Below are positions 9,173 through 15,933 of a stretch of DNA of 15,974 nt, piece by piece (within the stretch, counting starts at the first letter, position 1; each line of letters starts with the position of its first letter). Under the pieces are notes generated by a model that was not told where the DNA came from, searched no databases, and worked only from the letters and a program-made list of their open reading frames with translations. Position numbers and translations under genes: made by a program. This DNA is from Chthoniobacteraceae bacterium (GTDB taxonomy: Bacteria > Verrucomicrobiota > Verrucomicrobiia > Chthoniobacterales > Chthoniobacteraceae): the NCBI GenBank assembly GCA_040081625.1, contig JBEBGD010000122.1, positions 1 to 15,974 of the forward strand, read 5' to 3'.

Positions 9173-10051
9173 TCAACGCGCCAGCCAGCCGAGCCGCGTC
9201 CACACGTTGAACCACTCGCGCAGTTTCGTCGCCGCTTCGTCGGCGGTGAGCTTCGACTTCGCGAAAGCGCGCTCGCACGCGTCGGCGAGCGTCGCGCCAT
9301 CTCGCAACCCGCCGAGCAGCGCGAATGCCTCGCGATCGAGCCGCTTGTAATAGACGAGGAAGTCCACGCGATGAACGGCGAGGAGGATCGGCTGGCTTGC
9401 GGGTTTCGCGCGCAGGAGGCGCGGCTTGCGACGGCGCGCGGCGGTGACGGCGTTGCTCGCGCTGGCGGTTTCGAGATTTGATTCGCGCAGCTTTTTCAGG
9501 AGCTGATCGACGGGATGCCGCAGTTCGAGCAGCTCGACGTAGGGCTGGAGCTTGAGTCGCAGCGTCGCCGGATCGCGGCGCGCGAGCTTCAGCGGATCGA
9601 TGAGGGGCAGCGCGGCGGTATCGAAGGCGAGGATGCGCGCCCACTCGATGCGCGCCATGTCGAACGCGAGCGCGGTGTGCGGCGCGGTGAGGGAGCGGCG
9701 CGACTTGATGAAGGCGGGGAGATGCTGGCCGAGTTCGCGCAGCGACCACGAAGTCGAGCCGCGCGCGTCGAGGTAGGCGACGGCGAGCTTCTCGAAGCTG
9801 CGCTCGCCGAGCACGGCGCGCACGCCGCGGAAATCTTCGCCGAAGCAGCCGAGCAACCGCCACCAATACTGCTGGTTGTAGATCTGGAGCCGCTCGAATG
9901 ATGTGAGCCGGTCGTTTGGCTTGATGAGTTGCTCCGCGGCGGCCGCGTTCGAGCGCTGCATTCCATCGCTGCCGGTGAGCGGGCGCATGAGCGCGCCGGA
10001 CATCAGGCGCTGAACGTCGGCGAGCTTACGCGGCGGCGCGGGCCTTGGCAT
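9173..10051 (-). CDS. DUF2063-type MNIO partner protein (HvfC/BufC-like)
   Basis: ERLQIYNQQYWWRL..F.EDF.GV..VLG..F..L..AYL...S.S.SLRELG..LP.F, then DMARIEWA..AFD. It lies directly downstream of the DUF692 gene and overlaps it by 26 nt. Start placed at ATG 10051. Confidence 0.88.
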   Translation of the reverse strand: MPRPAPPRKLADVQRLMSGALMRPLTGSDGMQRSNAAAAEQLIKPNDRLTSFERLQIYNQQYWWRLLGCFGEDFRGVRAVLGERSFEKLAVAYLDARGSTSWSLRELGQHLPAFIKSRRSLTAPHTALAFDMARIEWARILAFDTAALPLIDPLKLARRDPATLRLKLQPYVELLELRHPVDQLLKKLRESNLETASASNAVTAARRRKPRLLRAKPASQPILLAVHRVDFLVYYKRLDREAFALLGGLRDGATLADACERAFAKSKLTADEAATKLREWFNVWTRLGWLAR

Positions 10052-10877
10052 CGGGCAGATACTTCGCGGCCTTGAGCGCTTCGCGATGCACTTCGTCGAA
10101 GCTCGGAATCCGGTCGTCCCACTCGAGCAGCGTCGCGGTGCGGCCACAGCGCTCGATCGCGCGTTTGTAGATCTTCCAGACGGGAGCGATCACCGGGTGA
10201 TCGTGCGTGTCGAGGATGTAGCGCTCGAAGCTCGTGTGACCGGCGATGTGGATCTGCGCGACGCGTTCCGCCGGCACGACGTTGACGTAGTCCATCGGGT
10301 CGAAGGTGTGATTCTGCGAGGAGACGTAGATGTTGTTCACGTCGAGCAGGACTCCGCAGTCCGCGCGCTCGACGACCTCGGTGAGGAACTCCCACTCGCT
10401 CATTTCCGACGCGTGAAACTCCGCGTAGCTGCTCACGTTTTCCACCGCGACAGGCAGTTCGAGAAAGTCCTGCACCTCGCGGATATTGCGCGCGGTGAAC
10501 TCGACCGCTTCCCACGTGTAGGGCATCGGGAGAAGATCGTGCGTGTAGCGTCCATCGACGCTGCCCCAGCAGAGGTGATCGCTCAGCCACGGCGTCTGGG
10601 TGCGCTTGGTGAGGCGCTTGAGCTTGCGCAGGTGATCGCGATTCGGCCGCGCGCTGTTTCCGAAATACATCGACACGCCATGCTGCACGACGCGGTAGCG
10701 CTCGAGGATTTGATCGAGCACGTGCAGCGGCCGCCCGCCTTCGACCATGTAATTCTCCGAGATGATCTCGAACCAATCCACGCCCGGCTTGCGCTCGAGG
10801 ATGTGCTGGTAGTGCGGGATGCGCAGACCGATGCCGATGCCGTAGTCGGCGTGAGCGGTGAAGCGGGAGGCGGACAT
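10026..10877 (-). CDS. DUF692 multinuclear non-heme iron oxidative enzyme (MNIO; BufB/HvfB-like RiPP maturase)
   Basis: GIGLRIPHY, WFEIISENY, HGVSM, SDHLCW, LLPMPY, VENVSSY, LLDVNNIYV, QIHIAGH, DTHDHPV and LLEWDD. The metal-ligand motifs appear intact. Confidence 0.95.
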   Translation of the reverse strand: MSASRFTAHADYGIGIGLRIPHYQHILERKPGVDWFEIISENYMVEGGRPLHVLDQILERYRVVQHGVSMYFGNSARPNRDHLRKLKRLTKRTQTPWLSDHLCWGSVDGRYTHDLLPMPYTWEAVEFTARNIREVQDFLELPVAVENVSSYAEFHASEMSEWEFLTEVVERADCGVLLDVNNIYVSSQNHTFDPMDYVNVVPAERVAQIHIAGHTSFERYILDTHDHPVIAPVWKIYKRAIERCGRTATLLEWDDRIPSFDEVHREALKAAKYLPDAKARAAA

Positions 10878-10884
10878 CGCGGGG

Positions 10885-10920
10885 AAAAAGACGGGCTCCG
10901 GCCTTGGAAGACCGGAGCCC
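10885..10920 (-). terminator. Intrinsic terminator-like hairpin between the precursor and MNIO genes
   Basis: The minus strand reads GGGCTCCGG-TCTTCCAAGG-CCGGAGCCC-GTCTTTTT: a perfect 9-bp GC-rich stem followed by a U tract. Confidence 0.75.
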
Positions 10921-10938
10921 CGGAGCGAGCCGTGGGGC

Positions 10939-11238
10939 TTACTTCTTGTGAACGGGCTTGCCGTCCTTCATGGCGCAGCCGCCCTTGCCTTTGCAGGTGT
11001 TCTTGCCCTGGCAGCCTTTGTCGCCGCTCTTGCAGCCGCCTTTGCCCTTGCAGGAGTTTTTGCCGGCGCAGTCGTGCGTGTCGCCCTTGTCCTTGTCGGC
11101 GAGGACGCCGGCGTCAGAGGCGGTGGTCTTGAACTGCGGCGCTCCGGTGTTGGAGGCCGCGTTGGATTTCGCGGCGAAGCCGCCGGTGATGATGCCCGCG
11201 AGCGCAGCGCCGGCGAGCAGGGTCTTGGTCTTGTTCAT
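10939..11238 (-). CDS. Secreted six-Cys RiPP precursor, bufferin (BufA2)-like putative metallophore
   Basis: Sec-type signal peptide (MNKTK-TLLAGAALAGIITGG-FAA..SNA); two copies of CxGKNxCKGKGGC; immediately upstream of DUF692 and DUF2063. Confidence 0.87.
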   Translation of the reverse strand: MNKTKTLLAGAALAGIITGGFAAKSNAASNTGAPQFKTTASDAGVLADKDKGDTHDCAGKNSCKGKGGCKSGDKGCQGKNTCKGKGGCAMKDGKPVHKK

Positions 11239-11274
11239 GGTGATCCGATCTGTGTTTTGTTTTGTGTTTCTGTT

Positions 11275-11320
11275 TTTTGAAGCCGCGCGGTCCGCACTCG
11301 CGGGCGCGTGGCTTTCAAAA
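11275..11320. promoter_or_regulatory. Long stem-loop upstream of the RiPP precursor, followed on the minus strand by an A/C-rich unstructured leader
   Basis: TTTTGAAGCCGCGCGGTCCGC-ACTC-GCGGGCGCGTGGCTTTCAAAA. The minus-strand leader between the hairpin and the ATG is AACAGAAACACAAAACAAAACACAGATCGGATCACC. Confidence 0.65.
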
Positions 11321-11361
11321 GTGGCGGTGGGGAAGGGGATGAGGTTCGCGGTCGAGTGCAG

Positions 11362-11931
11362 CTACGACTTCGCGCGGTTGGCGTCGAGCAGCTTCATGAA
11401 CGCTCCGAAGTAGTGGCCGTTGTCGTGAAAGGTGCGGCCGCTTACGAGATTTCCGTCCACGACGCACGGTTCGTTCACGTAGGTGCCGCCGCAGATTTCG
11501 AGGTCGAACTTGCACTTCGCGACCGTCGCCATGCGGCGGCCTTTCACGCAGCCGGCGCGCGCCGGGATTTCCACGCCGTGACACACGCTCGCGACGGGCA
11601 GATTCTTCTCGAAGAAGTAGCGCGTCGCGCGGAGCAGATCCTCGTCTTCGCGGATGTATTCCGGCGCGCGGCCGCCGCTGAAAAAGATACCGGCGTATTC
11701 CTCCGGCTTGATGTCCTTGAAGGCGAGGTCGGCGTCGATCGTGTAGCCCTCCCATTCCTTGGTGATCGTCCAGCCGGGCCTCACCTCGTGCATCACCATT
11801 TGGTAGCGCCGCTTCTCCGGCGCGGCGACGACCGGCTGATAGTCGCCTTCGATCAGGCGGTAGAAGGGGTAGAGCGTATCGACCGTCTCGGTCGCGTCGC
11901 CGACGATGATGAGGACTTTGGGTTTGGACAT
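11362..11931 (-). CDS. DJ-1/PfpI family protein (glyoxalase III/deglycase-like)
   Basis: KVLIIVGDATETVD (catalytic Glu region), FSGGRAPEYIR, nucleophile elbow ASVCHG, VVDGNLVSGRT. Start placed at ATG 11931. Confidence 0.92.
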   Translation of the reverse strand: MSKPKVLIIVGDATETVDTLYPFYRLIEGDYQPVVAAPEKRRYQMVMHEVRPGWTITKEWEGYTIDADLAFKDIKPEEYAGIFFSGGRAPEYIREDEDLLRATRYFFEKNLPVASVCHGVEIPARAGCVKGRRMATVAKCKFDLEICGGTYVNEPCVVDGNLVSGRTFHDNGHYFGAFMKLLDANRAKS

Positions 11932-11940
11932 CGCAGAAGA

Positions 11941-12009
11941 TGAACCACCGAGCACACAGGGAGCACAGAGAATTCTTTCGGAGTTCTTCTCCGTGTCTTC
12001 TGTGGTTCA
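11941..12009. repeat. Intergenic palindromic element with 9-nt periodic arms (REP/MITE-like)
   Basis: Terminal TGAACCAC / GTGGTTCA. Left arm units are ACCACCGAG, CACACAGGG, AGCACAGAG; the right arm reverse-complemented gives ACCACAGAA, GACACGGAG. There is an inner hairpin AGAATTCT-TTC-GGAGTTCT. Confidence 0.7.
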
Positions 12010-12065
12010 ATCGACCGCTTCGAGTCGAAGGGGACGCGCGCTCCGCTTCATCGCGCCCGCCGCGG

Positions 12066-12803
12066 CTACTTGAGCAGCTCCTTCACCTTGCCCTCGATCG
12101 CCTGCGCCCAGATCTCGTAACCCTTCTCGTTCGGGTGCAGCACGTCGGGCATGATCTCCTTCGAGAGCGTGCCGTCGGGCTCGAGAAACTTCGCGCCGAT
12201 GTCCATGAAGAACACCGTCTGGTTGTCGGCGAAGGTCTTGATGAGCTTGTTCGTCTCCTCGTTTTGCAGCCGCATCCTGTCCGCCGACGTCGCGCCGCGC
12301 GGGAAGATCGCGAGCAGGAGAATCTTCGCGCCGGGGCACTTCGTCTTGAGCTTCGCGATGATCGCCTTCACGCCCTCGGCAGTCTGCGCGGCGGTGCATT
12401 GATAGATTGCATTGTCGATCTCCTTGAACGGACGGCCCACGTGTCCCGTGTTGTTCGTGCCGATCATCAGCACGATTTCCTTCGGCTTGAGGCCGTCGAA
12501 GTTCCCGTTCTCCAGCCGCCAGAGCACATGCTCCGTGCGATCGCCGCCGATGCCGAAGTTCGCGGCCTTCAACGGCGCCCAAACCTTCTCCCACACCGCC
12601 TTGCCTTTGCTCTCCCATCCGTGCGTGATCGAGTCGCCGAGGAACACGAGCTCCGCTTCGCCCTTTCTGGAAATCTCGTTGAACGACTCGTGGCGTTTCT
12701 CGGTGCCGGGATGCAGCACCGGTTGCACCGCGTAGTTTTTCGGCGTCTCGGCGACGAGCGATGATGCGGCGGAGAGCGAGAGGATGAGCGGGAGGTATTT
12801 CAT
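12066..12803 (-). CDS. Secreted SGNH/GDSL-type esterase (PAF-acetylhydrolase Ib-like)
   Basis: Signal peptide; blocks FLGDSIT, NFGIGGDRTEH, MIGTNN, and MPDVLHP (DxxH). Confidence 0.93.
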   Translation of the reverse strand: MKYLPLILSLSAASSLVAETPKNYAVQPVLHPGTEKRHESFNEISRKGEAELVFLGDSITHGWESKGKAVWEKVWAPLKAANFGIGGDRTEHVLWRLENGNFDGLKPKEIVLMIGTNNTGHVGRPFKEIDNAIYQCTAAQTAEGVKAIIAKLKTKCPGAKILLLAIFPRGATSADRMRLQNEETNKLIKTFADNQTVFFMDIGAKFLEPDGTLSKEIMPDVLHPNEKGYEIWAQAIEGKVKELLK

Positions 12804-12945
12804 GTTCGGGGCGGATGCCTTAGCCGACCCGCCGCGGCTGCGACTAGGAAATTCGCGCGAAGCAGGACCGCGCAGGATGAAGCCGCCGGTTCACTCCCCA
12901 TTTCGCCAGTTTCCTCCCGCCTCGAATGCGGAGTATCTCGCGCGC

Positions 12946-13659
12946 ATGAAATCCCTCGCCTTGCTCGCGCTCATCCCCGCCCTCGCCACGTCCGTCGTCG
13001 CCGCCGACCTCGGCAAGATCATCTTCCAGGATGAGTTCGACCGAAACGAGTCGCAGGAAAAAACCGACGAGCCCGGCAACGGCTGGGGCACCAACAGCAA
13101 AAGCCGCGCGATGGGAGACAAGCAGGTCGATCTCAAGGACGGCGCGATGCGCATCTACATCAGCGCGCGCGCCGACCACGCCGTCTCCGTCACCCACGAC
13201 GCCGAGTTCACCGACGGCGCGGTGAAGCTGCGCTTCATGCTCGAGGACGCGAAGGACAGCCTCGGCCTCAACTTCGCCGACGCGCAATTCAAGGAAGTCC
13301 ACGCCGGTCACCTCTTCGTCGCCAAGGTGGATGCGCGGCAGGTGCAACTGGTCGATCTCAAGACCGGCGGCATGCGCCTCGATATCCGCACCGCCCGCAC
13401 GGAGAAAAAACCGCTGACCGACGAGCAAACGAAAGCCCTCGAAGGCAAGACCAGAAACATCCCGCACGCGACCGAGGTCGGGAAGTGGCACGAACTGGAG
13501 GTAAAGATCGCGGGTGATGAACTGAGCGTGGCCATCGACGGCAAAGCCGTCGGCAGCTTCCGCTCGCCCGGCATCGCGCATCCCACCAAACGCATGCTGC
13601 GCCTAGCCGTCCCGCGCAACGCCGTGGTGGACGACGTGAAGATCTACCGCAAAGACTGA
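12946..13659 (+). CDS. Secreted hypothetical protein, probable concanavalin A-like/DUF1080 beta-sandwich
   Basis: Signal peptide MKSLALLALIPALATSVVAA; IIFQDEF start, GKWHELEVKIAGDELSVAIDGK and terminal VVDDVKIY pattern; host-like codon usage. Start placed at ATG 12946. Confidence 0.7.
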   Translation: MKSLALLALIPALATSVVAADLGKIIFQDEFDRNESQEKTDEPGNGWGTNSKSRAMGDKQVDLKDGAMRIYISARADHAVSVTHDAEFTDGAVKLRFMLEDAKDSLGLNFADAQFKEVHAGHLFVAKVDARQVQLVDLKTGGMRLDIRTARTEKKPLTDEQTKALEGKTRNIPHATEVGKWHELEVKIAGDELSVAIDGKAVGSFRSPGIAHPTKRMLRLAVPRNAVVDDVKIYRKD

Positions 13660-13934
13660 GCCGAGCCCCGGCCGCACAGCCGACTTAAGCTCGAAGTCAC
13701 CTGACGAAAGGCGTTCGTCACCTGACAAAAGGCGTCCGTCACCTGACGAATGGCGTTTGTCACCTGACAAAAGGCGTTTGTCACCTGACGAAAGGCGTTC
13801 GTCACCTGACGAAAGGCGTTCGTCACCTGACGAAAGGCGTCCGTCACCTGACGAAAGGCGTTCGTCACCTGACGAAAGGCGTCCGTCACCTGACGAACGG
13901 CGTTTGTCACCTGACGGCAGCGCTCCGCGATCAT
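13644..13934 (-). CDS. Possible small heptad-repeat protein (F/V/I)RQVT(N/D)A encoded by the array; coding status uncertain
   Basis: ATG-started 96-aa ORF spanning the array, with hydrophobic residues at 3/4 spacing. It overlaps the neighbouring gene's 3' end and may be a by-product of the repeat. Confidence 0.25.
   Translation of the reverse strand: MIAERCRQVTNAVRQVTDAFRQVTNAFRQVTDAFRQVTNAFRQVTNAFRQVTNAFCQVTNAIRQVTDAFCQVTNAFRQVTSSLSRLCGRGSAQSLR
13696..13916. repeat. Tandem array of 10 full and 1 partial 21-bp units, consensus GTCACCTGACGAAAGGCGTTC
   Basis: GTCACCTGAC begins at 13696, 13717, 13738, 13759, 13780, 13801, 13822, 13843, 13864, 13885 and 13906 and is invariant. The 11-nt linker varies as RAAHGGCGTYY. 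Confidence 0.97.
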
Positions 13935-14037
13935 CGAAATCTACTCTGTAGCCCCTCTGTAATGGGCTGCTCCCCTTGGGGCATCCGCTTCAGGCAAGAG
14001 GACGCCTCACGACGCCCCCCCCCATCTGCGCCCGCCC

Positions 14038-14898
14038 TCAGCGCACGCCGATCTTCCTCAGCCAGCCCAGCGCATCCTCCGGCCAGACGCGCGCGTCCTT
14101 CTCGCAGCGCAACCCGTAGCCGTGGCCGCCGGTCGGGTAGAGCTTGAACTCGTGCGCCACCTTCGCCTCCGTCAGCGCGGCGTCGTAAATCTTGCTCCCC
14201 ACCACGTGCGTCTTGTCGTCCTCGCTATGGACGATCAGTGTCGGCGGGATCTTCGCCTTGATATTCAAGTCCGGCGACACACGCCCCGCCTTGTCGTCGA
14301 GGTAAGCCGGGTAAACCAGCACCGCAAAATCCGGCCGGCAGCTTTGCCTATCCACCGCATCGATCGCCGCGTAACTGCGCTCATCGAACCGAGTGCCAGC
14401 CTTCGCCGCGACATTCCCGCCGGCGGAGAACCCGACCACCCCGACCCGCTGCGGATCGATCTTCCATTCCGCCGCCCGCGCCCGCACGAGGCTCAACGCC
14501 CGCTGCAAATCCTGCAACGCCCCCTCGCGATTATCCGGCGTGCGATACTTCAGCACCAGCGCGCTGATCCCCGCCGAGTTCAACCAAGCCGCGATCTCGC
14601 TCCCTTCCTTGTCCACGACCACATACTTATAAGCCCCGCCTGGACACACGATCACCGCCGGCGCCGGCCCTGAGCCATCTTTCCGAGCCGCCGGAAACAG
14701 CGTCAACGTAGGCCGGCTGACATTAGTGATGCGGTGAAAGCCATCATCCCGCTGCACCTCCGCCTCCGGTTCCTTCGCCCCGCGCCCCGGCGTCTTCCCC
14801 TCGGGCCACACGTCCACCGTGGATGAAGCAGATGGAGTTGCGGGCTGAGCGAAGGTGGTTCCGGCGAGGACACAAAGGGCGAGAAGGCGGGAGGTCAT
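14038..14898 (-). CDS. Secreted alpha/beta hydrolase (carbohydrate esterase/BD-FAE-like)
   Basis: Signal peptide; VCPGGAY oxyanion motif, VLKYR, nucleophile GFSAGG, RPDFAVLVYP, HSEDD and GGHGYG. Confidence 0.92.
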   Translation of the reverse strand: MTSRLLALCVLAGTTFAQPATPSASSTVDVWPEGKTPGRGAKEPEAEVQRDDGFHRITNVSRPTLTLFPAARKDGSGPAPAVIVCPGGAYKYVVVDKEGSEIAAWLNSAGISALVLKYRTPDNREGALQDLQRALSLVRARAAEWKIDPQRVGVVGFSAGGNVAAKAGTRFDERSYAAIDAVDRQSCRPDFAVLVYPAYLDDKAGRVSPDLNIKAKIPPTLIVHSEDDKTHVVGSKIYDAALTEAKVAHEFKLYPTGGHGYGLRCEKDARVWPEDALGWLRKIGVR

Positions 14899-14937
14899 TG
14901 GTTGATCTTTGTGCCGATCCTTCCGAAGACATGTTGT

Positions 14938-15933
14938 TTACCGAAGGATTGCAACTTTCCTTAAGAAGTCTGCATCCGTCTCGTCGGGTTTCCCCCACGT
15001 GATCGTGGCTTTCGCATTCACAATTCCTTTCACGGTCTCTGCCAATCGATAGCACGAGGCGTGGACTGCTCGACCGCGGAGGACGTCGAAGTCGATGTTG
15101 GCAATATTCTCGTCCCAAAAACCAAATCCGAGGAATGCCACTCGACCGGCCGCGCGAAGCGCGTCGTTAACGTCACGCCACGAGTCATTCTTCGCACGCA
15201 CACCAGCCAACGCGATGTTCTGCCAAGCTGATCCTGCACTCTGTATTGCCCCGTAAGAAACAGGATTCTCGCCCTCAAGTGGTCCCAACGATCCGTAGAC
15301 GTGAATTACTCGCAGGTTTTTGCCATGTTCGCGTGCCAATTCATCTGACTGAAGCTGGTGGGCGAAAACGTGCCGGAAATACCATTCGAGGGATCGTTCG
15401 TAGTTGAACGTTACAATCGTTAAATGGCTAAAGTCATACTCTGGATTATCACGAAATAGATCCTCCATAAGCATCTGATACCAATCACCTCCAACTTTCC
15501 CAATCATCCGTTCCAACCAAAGAAACGTGAATGCGACCGTGAGGCCGGCAGCATTGATCAATTCGTCGTTTCCTGCTGGCAGATGCTTTACAAAAGTATC
15601 AATACTTATGCGGTCCGATTGATCAAACGCTCGTTGCAGTCTGACGAGCGCTTTTGGGGAGATGATCTGCAGCCGAGACTCAAAACATTCGCTTAATTGC
15701 CTTCCGTAATCATCGCACAGCGAACCAACGCCGTGACTGATTCGGTTGCCTCTTTCATCGGCGGAAACGAAGTGTTCTCCGAACAGACGTTTAAGAACTG
15801 CCGGTCGCGCATCGCCGCCGATAATGATCTCGCGTAGTTCGCCCGCGGTTGGGAAGCGGAATGGCCGACTAGCACCCGCACCGAGAATCAGGACGAGCTT
15901 TGCTCGGTTGCTCATCTGCTGAGAGTTTTGCAT
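14938..15933 (-). CDS. SIR2-like (sirtuin-fold, SIR2_2-type) domain protein, putative NADase
   Basis: LVLILGAGAS, IVTFNYERSLE, VIHVYGSLG and VAFLGFGFWDEN match the GAGxS / TxNYD / HG / GxS-D succession of SIR2-like domains. Start is either ATG 15933 (GAGGTG 8 nt upstream) or ATG 15915. Confidence 0.8.
   Translation of the reverse strand: MQNSQQMSNRAKLVLILGAGASRPFRFPTAGELREIIIGGDARPAVLKRLFGEHFVSADERGNRISHGVGSLCDDYGRQLSECFESRLQIISPKALVRLQRAFDQSDRISIDTFVKHLPAGNDELINAAGLTVAFTFLWLERMIGKVGGDWYQMLMEDLFRDNPEYDFSHLTIVTFNYERSLEWYFRHVFAHQLQSDELAREHGKNLRVIHVYGSLGPLEGENPVSYGAIQSAGSAWQNIALAGVRAKNDSWRDVNDALRAAGRVAFLGFGFWDENIANIDFDVLRGRAVHASCYRLAETVKGIVNAKATITWGKPDETDADFLRKVAILR

Noticed and set aside
11320..11361. 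ECF16/SigF-type promoter for the bufferin-like cluster
   Set aside because: No GTAACC-N16-CGAA-like match is seen. There is only a lone GAACC without a matching -10.
12852..12861. Palindrome TTCGCGCGAA between divergent genes as an operator
   Set aside because: It is a short CG-rich palindrome, likely to occur by chance in this composition, and has no second copy nearby.
13696..13916. CRISPR array
   Set aside because: The period is only 21 bp, the linkers are near-identical rather than unique spacers, and no cas genes are present.
13944..13970. GTAG-starting hairpin as a REP element
   Set aside because: It has only a 7-bp imperfect stem, is single copy, has GTAG inside the stem rather than as a foot, and no RAYT gene is present.
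14038..15933. SIR2 plus alpha/beta hydrolase as a two-gene defence system
   Set aside because: The hydrolase has a signal peptide, ordinary carbohydrate-esterase motifs and higher GC. The adjacency is more simply explained as an insertion boundary.
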